A stretch of 63,774 bases of DNA, the filler included, from a bacterium (GTDB taxonomy: Bacteria > JAMOTN01): the NCBI GenBank assembly GCA_027062325.1. It is 9 parts of 9 records of this genome, joined end to end, with 100 filler letters (N's around TTAATTAATTAA, not from the genome) between each part and the next. Parts side by side here need not be neighbours in the genome. Positions count along the whole stretch, not along the records: positions 59,990 to 63,774 come from JAMOTN010000070.1; 8 more parts are not named here. The stretch is one strand, 5' to 3'. The notes beneath the pieces are model-generated. The model searched no databases. It worked only from the letters and a program-made list of their open reading frames with translations, and was not told the DNA's origin. Position numbers and translations under genes: made by a program. This document shows, in pieces, positions 60,551-63,774 of this stretch (its first letter is position 1; each line of letters begins with the position of its first letter).

Positions 60551-62038
60551 TTATCTTAACAACTTATCCTCAACAAGTCTATTTACAATGCTTCTAACAT
60601 CAAAGTTCACTTCATCTCTAAAGAGTTCCCACTTCTTCTCAATCTCTGACCATTTTTTCAAGAAAACCTCAGCCATATCCGGATCAAATTGTGTTCCTTT
60701 TCCTCTTTCAATCTCTGCCAAGGCAACCTCAACAGGCAATGCTTTTCTGTAAGGTCTGTTCGAAGTCATAGCATCAAACGCATCAGCAACTGCAACAACG
60801 CGAGCTCCCAGCGGAATATTTTCACCCGCCAAACCTGCCGGATACCCTCTTCCATCCCAACGTTCATGATGATGGAGGACAATCTTTCTTATCTCATCCA
60901 AAAACTCAATCGGTGCCAAAATATTTGCTCCTATCACAGGATGCATTTTTATCAACTCATACTCATCATCTGTTAAGCGTCCAGGCTTGTTCAATACAGC
61001 ATCTGGAATACCAATCTTTCCTATGTCATGCACTAACCCAGCCTGATATATGTTCTGAATTGTAGTCTCTGGTAAATCAAGCCAGTAAGCTAAAACACAT
61101 GCATAAACTGTGACACGCTCAGAGTGTCCTCTTGTATAAACATCTTTAGCCTCAAGAGCTTGACTAAATGACTCCATCAAATAGAATGGGAATTTTTTAA
61201 GATCTGCATACAACTTTGCAGTCCTCAAAACTGCCGCAGCATAATTTGCAAACTCCAGAAGTATTCTTTCATTTTCAAAACTAAAAGGAATTTTATCTAT
61301 TCTCTCAGAAGCTGTTATAACTCCGACAACTTCCCCCTCCAACTTCAATGGAACTATCAAAAAAGACGGATTCTTATAACTATCGCGTGGAAAACCCGGA
61401 GGTAAGTAATCTTTATACTTCTCTATATCCTCTGCACTTTCTATCCTAAAAGGAAATCCTTTATCAAACACAAACTTTACAGCCCCTGAAAACTTAGGCT
61501 TCTTCAAAAATTTTTTACTCATTCCAACTGCTGCTAATATTCTCAAACCATCTTCTTCTTTCAAAATTATCGAACCACGTGTTGCACCAACAATGTCTAA
61601 TGCCTTTTTCAAAATCAAAAGCATGGCATCCTCTAATTTCAAGTTCAAATCAAAAGCCTTGACCAAGCCAACAAGTGAAGAAAGATGTGCTTCCTTTTCT
61701 TTGTACTTTTCGTACAACAAGATGCGAGTTATCAATTCCATTATCAGACGTGCAATCAAATCAAACTCTGGCTTATCATAAGATCCTTTAAACTCAAAGT
61801 GCAACTCAAACCAATCAAGTTTAGGAACATTCCACGTGTATGAACAACTAAAACTTCCTTTTCCTCCACGATAAAATAACACCCTACCACTGGCTATAAG
61901 CTTTACTTGACGCAAAGGATAAATTTTGCGCAGTAAAGAGTAGATATAATCCATCAACTCTTCCAACGAGTACTCACGTTCACCCACCTCAAAATTTTTC
62001 AACAACTCGCCTACCACACTAATCTCATTCACGCTCAA
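60551..62038 (-). CDS. GAF plus HD-GYP cyclic-dinucleotide phosphodiesterase
   Basis: GAF (RGSI, VPL....VVGVI, FS); YTRGHSERV, HDIGK, HP.IG, HHERWDGRGYP, ADAFDAMTS.RPY. Confidence 0.92.
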   Translation of the reverse strand: MSVNEISVVGELLKNFEVGEREYSLEELMDYIYSLLRKIYPLRQVKLIASGRVLFYRGGKGSFSCSYTWNVPKLDWFELHFEFKGSYDKPEFDLIARLIMELITRILLYEKYKEKEAHLSSLVGLVKAFDLNLKLEDAMLLILKKALDIVGATRGSIILKEEDGLRILAAVGMSKKFLKKPKFSGAVKFVFDKGFPFRIESAEDIEKYKDYLPPGFPRDSYKNPSFLIVPLKLEGEVVGVITASERIDKIPFSFENERILLEFANYAAAVLRTAKLYADLKKFPFYLMESFSQALEAKDVYTRGHSERVTVYACVLAYWLDLPETTIQNIYQAGLVHDIGKIGIPDAVLNKPGRLTDDEYELIKMHPVIGANILAPIEFLDEIRKIVLHHHERWDGRGYPAGLAGENIPLGARVVAVADAFDAMTSNRPYRKALPVEVALAEIERGKGTQFDPDMAEVFLKKWSEIEKKWELFRDEVNFDVRSIVNRLVEDKLLR

Positions 62039-62080
62039 TAACCCTCACTTCCCACCTTATTTCTACTACCATACATTCTT

Positions 62081-63298
62081 TCATTCTATTGTCTCTAGCA
62101 CAAGAGCAAAGAAAGCTTCAGCCACCTTTTTTCTATCCTTCACACCTTCTAGCAATTCCCGCAACAAATCCTGCTGCTTTATCCAAAGCCTTCTAAATTT
62201 ATCCGGATCCAACACCTCTGCTACTGTTTCAAAATTTCCACTACTTCCACCGCTAGACGCACCAACTTGCCTCTCATCTTTTATTTTAGAGGTTGAAACC
62301 CCAGAAGAAACCCCCTTTAATTCTGTTAACTTCCACTTTACCTCTTCTGAAATATCGGCAAACTCCTCCATTATCTTTATTATCTCTTGTTTAATCCCCT
62401 CTGCTACACTATCAACAACCTCCACAAGAACACTTGCAGCATCCCTGCTTTTCATCTGCTTTATTGCAAACAGCGCAGCCTTTGCAGTATTTCCACCTTC
62501 CTGAATTAGCTTTTTCAACTCCTCCAATATATCTGCTCTTCCCATCTTTGACAAAAAACGCACAGCATTTGCTCGTACGCGGGGATTCGGATCTTGTAAC
62601 ATTGGAATGACGTACTTCACAGCAGCTGGATTAGATATAATTTCTAAAGCCTCAATGGTATTTGCCCTAACTCTTGGATCCGCCTCTTTCAGAAATCGAG
62701 CAACTATCTCTACCTCTCCAACTCCCCCAAGACGTGCAAGTGCTTTAACAAGTGTTGCCTTAACAAAGTCATCCTTTTCAGTATTTGCCATCTCTATCAA
62801 ACGAGGCAGAGCCTTTTTTATCCCCAATAGTCCCAAACTTTGTACAGCATACAGTCGCTTTTTTCTAGATTGGGAATAGGTAAGCTCTATAAGAAAATCA
62901 CAAACCTCTTCATATGGGAACTCAGCAAGTTTTTTTATAGCCTCAACAGCTTCATCTTCATTGGACCCCCTTGCCTTCTCCATCAATTCCTGTACAACTG
63001 CAGGAAGCGTAGATTTAGGGGTAGAAGACAAAGTAGAAGCTTGAGAGGAACTATCTGCTAGTCTAGGATCGGTAGCTCTACCTCCTGCACTTGAAGTTAA
63101 GCTCTTCACATCAACTCCTGCTTTCTCAAGTAACCTCTTTATGAAAAACTTTGTAGCAACATTTTTTTCTCGAAGATAAACTTCCTTTAAAACCTCTACA
63201 ACCTGAGGATTATTGACGTATGGTATTACTTTTCTCACAGCCATTTTTCGCATATTCTCATCTGGGCTTCTTAAATCCTCCAAAATCTTCTCAAGCAC
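62081..63298 (-). CDS. HEAT-repeat protein
   Basis: DPRVRANTIEAL, NPRVRANAV, FVKATLVKAL. Confidence 0.85.
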   Translation of the reverse strand: MLEKILEDLRSPDENMRKMAVRKVIPYVNNPQVVEVLKEVYLREKNVATKFFIKRLLEKAGVDVKSLTSSAGGRATDPRLADSSSQASTLSSTPKSTLPAVVQELMEKARGSNEDEAVEAIKKLAEFPYEEVCDFLIELTYSQSRKKRLYAVQSLGLLGIKKALPRLIEMANTEKDDFVKATLVKALARLGGVGEVEIVARFLKEADPRVRANTIEALEIISNPAAVKYVIPMLQDPNPRVRANAVRFLSKMGRADILEELKKLIQEGGNTAKAALFAIKQMKSRDAASVLVEVVDSVAEGIKQEIIKIMEEFADISEEVKWKLTELKGVSSGVSTSKIKDERQVGASSGGSSGNFETVAEVLDPDKFRRLWIKQQDLLRELLEGVKDRKKVAEAFFALVLETIE

Positions 63299-63323
63299 AC
63301 TACCAACCCCTCATTAAAAGATT

Positions 63324-63774
63324 TTAAAGCCCTTTTATTTCAATTCCCAACTTCTTCATCCTGTATATGAGGGTCGTTCTCTTTATCCCGAGAAGCTTAG
63401 CAGCACCTGCCACACTTTTTTCCAAACTCAATGCCTGCTCAATTAACATTCTCTCCACAACTCTCAAATTTTCATCCAAGCCTTTTTTCAAATTTAAACT
63501 TACCCTCAACTTGTCAATTCCGGGCTGCAAGTTAACAACCTTTTTAGCACTTTTTACCAAATTTTCTAGCTCCCTTACATTACCTTTCAACTCCATATCA
63601 AGTAACGCCGCATAAGTTGTCGAAGTAGCCTCTTTTGAATGCTTATTTAAAAGATAGTCAAAAATTGGAATTATATCTTCCTTCCTCTCCCTAAGCGGTA
63701 GTATCTCAACAGCTTCTGTCTCCAATCTACTCATAAGCTCTTGTGGAAGTTTGGTATCCTCTAAACGCGTAACA
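63324..63774 (-). CDS. Sigma54-activator / NtrC-Fis family regulator, C-terminal fragment
   Basis: PLRERKEDI, GNVRELEN, AAKLLGIKRTTL HTH; the 5' end is outside the window. Confidence 0.85.
   Translation of the reverse strand, partial: VTRLEDTKLPQELMSRLETEAVEILPLRERKEDIIPIFDYLLNKHSKEATSTTYAALLDMELKGNVRELENLVKSAKKVVNLQPGIDKLRVSLNLKKGLDENLRVVERMLIEQALSLEKSVAGAAKLLGIKRTTLIYRMKKLGIEIKGL

Noticed and set aside
1-63774. CRISPR arrays, cas genes, transposases, prophage genes, rRNA
   Set aside because: None seen; intergenic regions are short and contain no regularly spaced repeats.

Overview
This window is not one continuous locus. It is nine contigs joined by artificial 100-nt spacers (N44-TTAATTAATTAA-N44): 1-12990, 13091-25418, 25519-37818, 37919-40350, 40451-51697, 51798-55393, 55494-57749, 57850-59889 and 59990-63774. 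The DNA is gene-dense, low-GC bacterial chromosome with strong strand-specific G/C skew. The organism is inferred to be a diderm, probably thermophilic, deep-branching bacterium (TolC, PorV-like barrel, lipoproteins, several HEAT/TPR proteins, Glu/Lys-rich proteins). Housekeeping genes are speD-pdaD-speE, dnaE, pyk, sufS/sufU-like, tRNA-Ser(UGA), cysS-mrnC-rlmB, deoB, mtaB, pilB, gltX, yacL, alr, birA and hslU, plus GGDEF and HD-GYP genes. No CRISPR array, transposase, integrase or rRNA was seen. The most notable items are: (1) a CBS-pair/HutP fusion that lacks the HutP histidine ligands; (2) a full-length divergent DnaB-type helicase with a RadA-like N-terminal C4 zinc finger, in the same gene run as a PilB ATPase and an SF1 helicase; (3) a luciferase-free LuxE plus LuxC-adenylation-domain fusion; (4) an SF1 helicase split over two non-adjacent contigs that rejoin in frame through a 5-bp overlap; (5) an open frame continuing past the speD UGA and ending in an ATGA overlap with pdaD; (6) a Rossmann-MCP-Rossmann soluble receptor-like protein. 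All family calls come from motif recognition by eye, not database searches.
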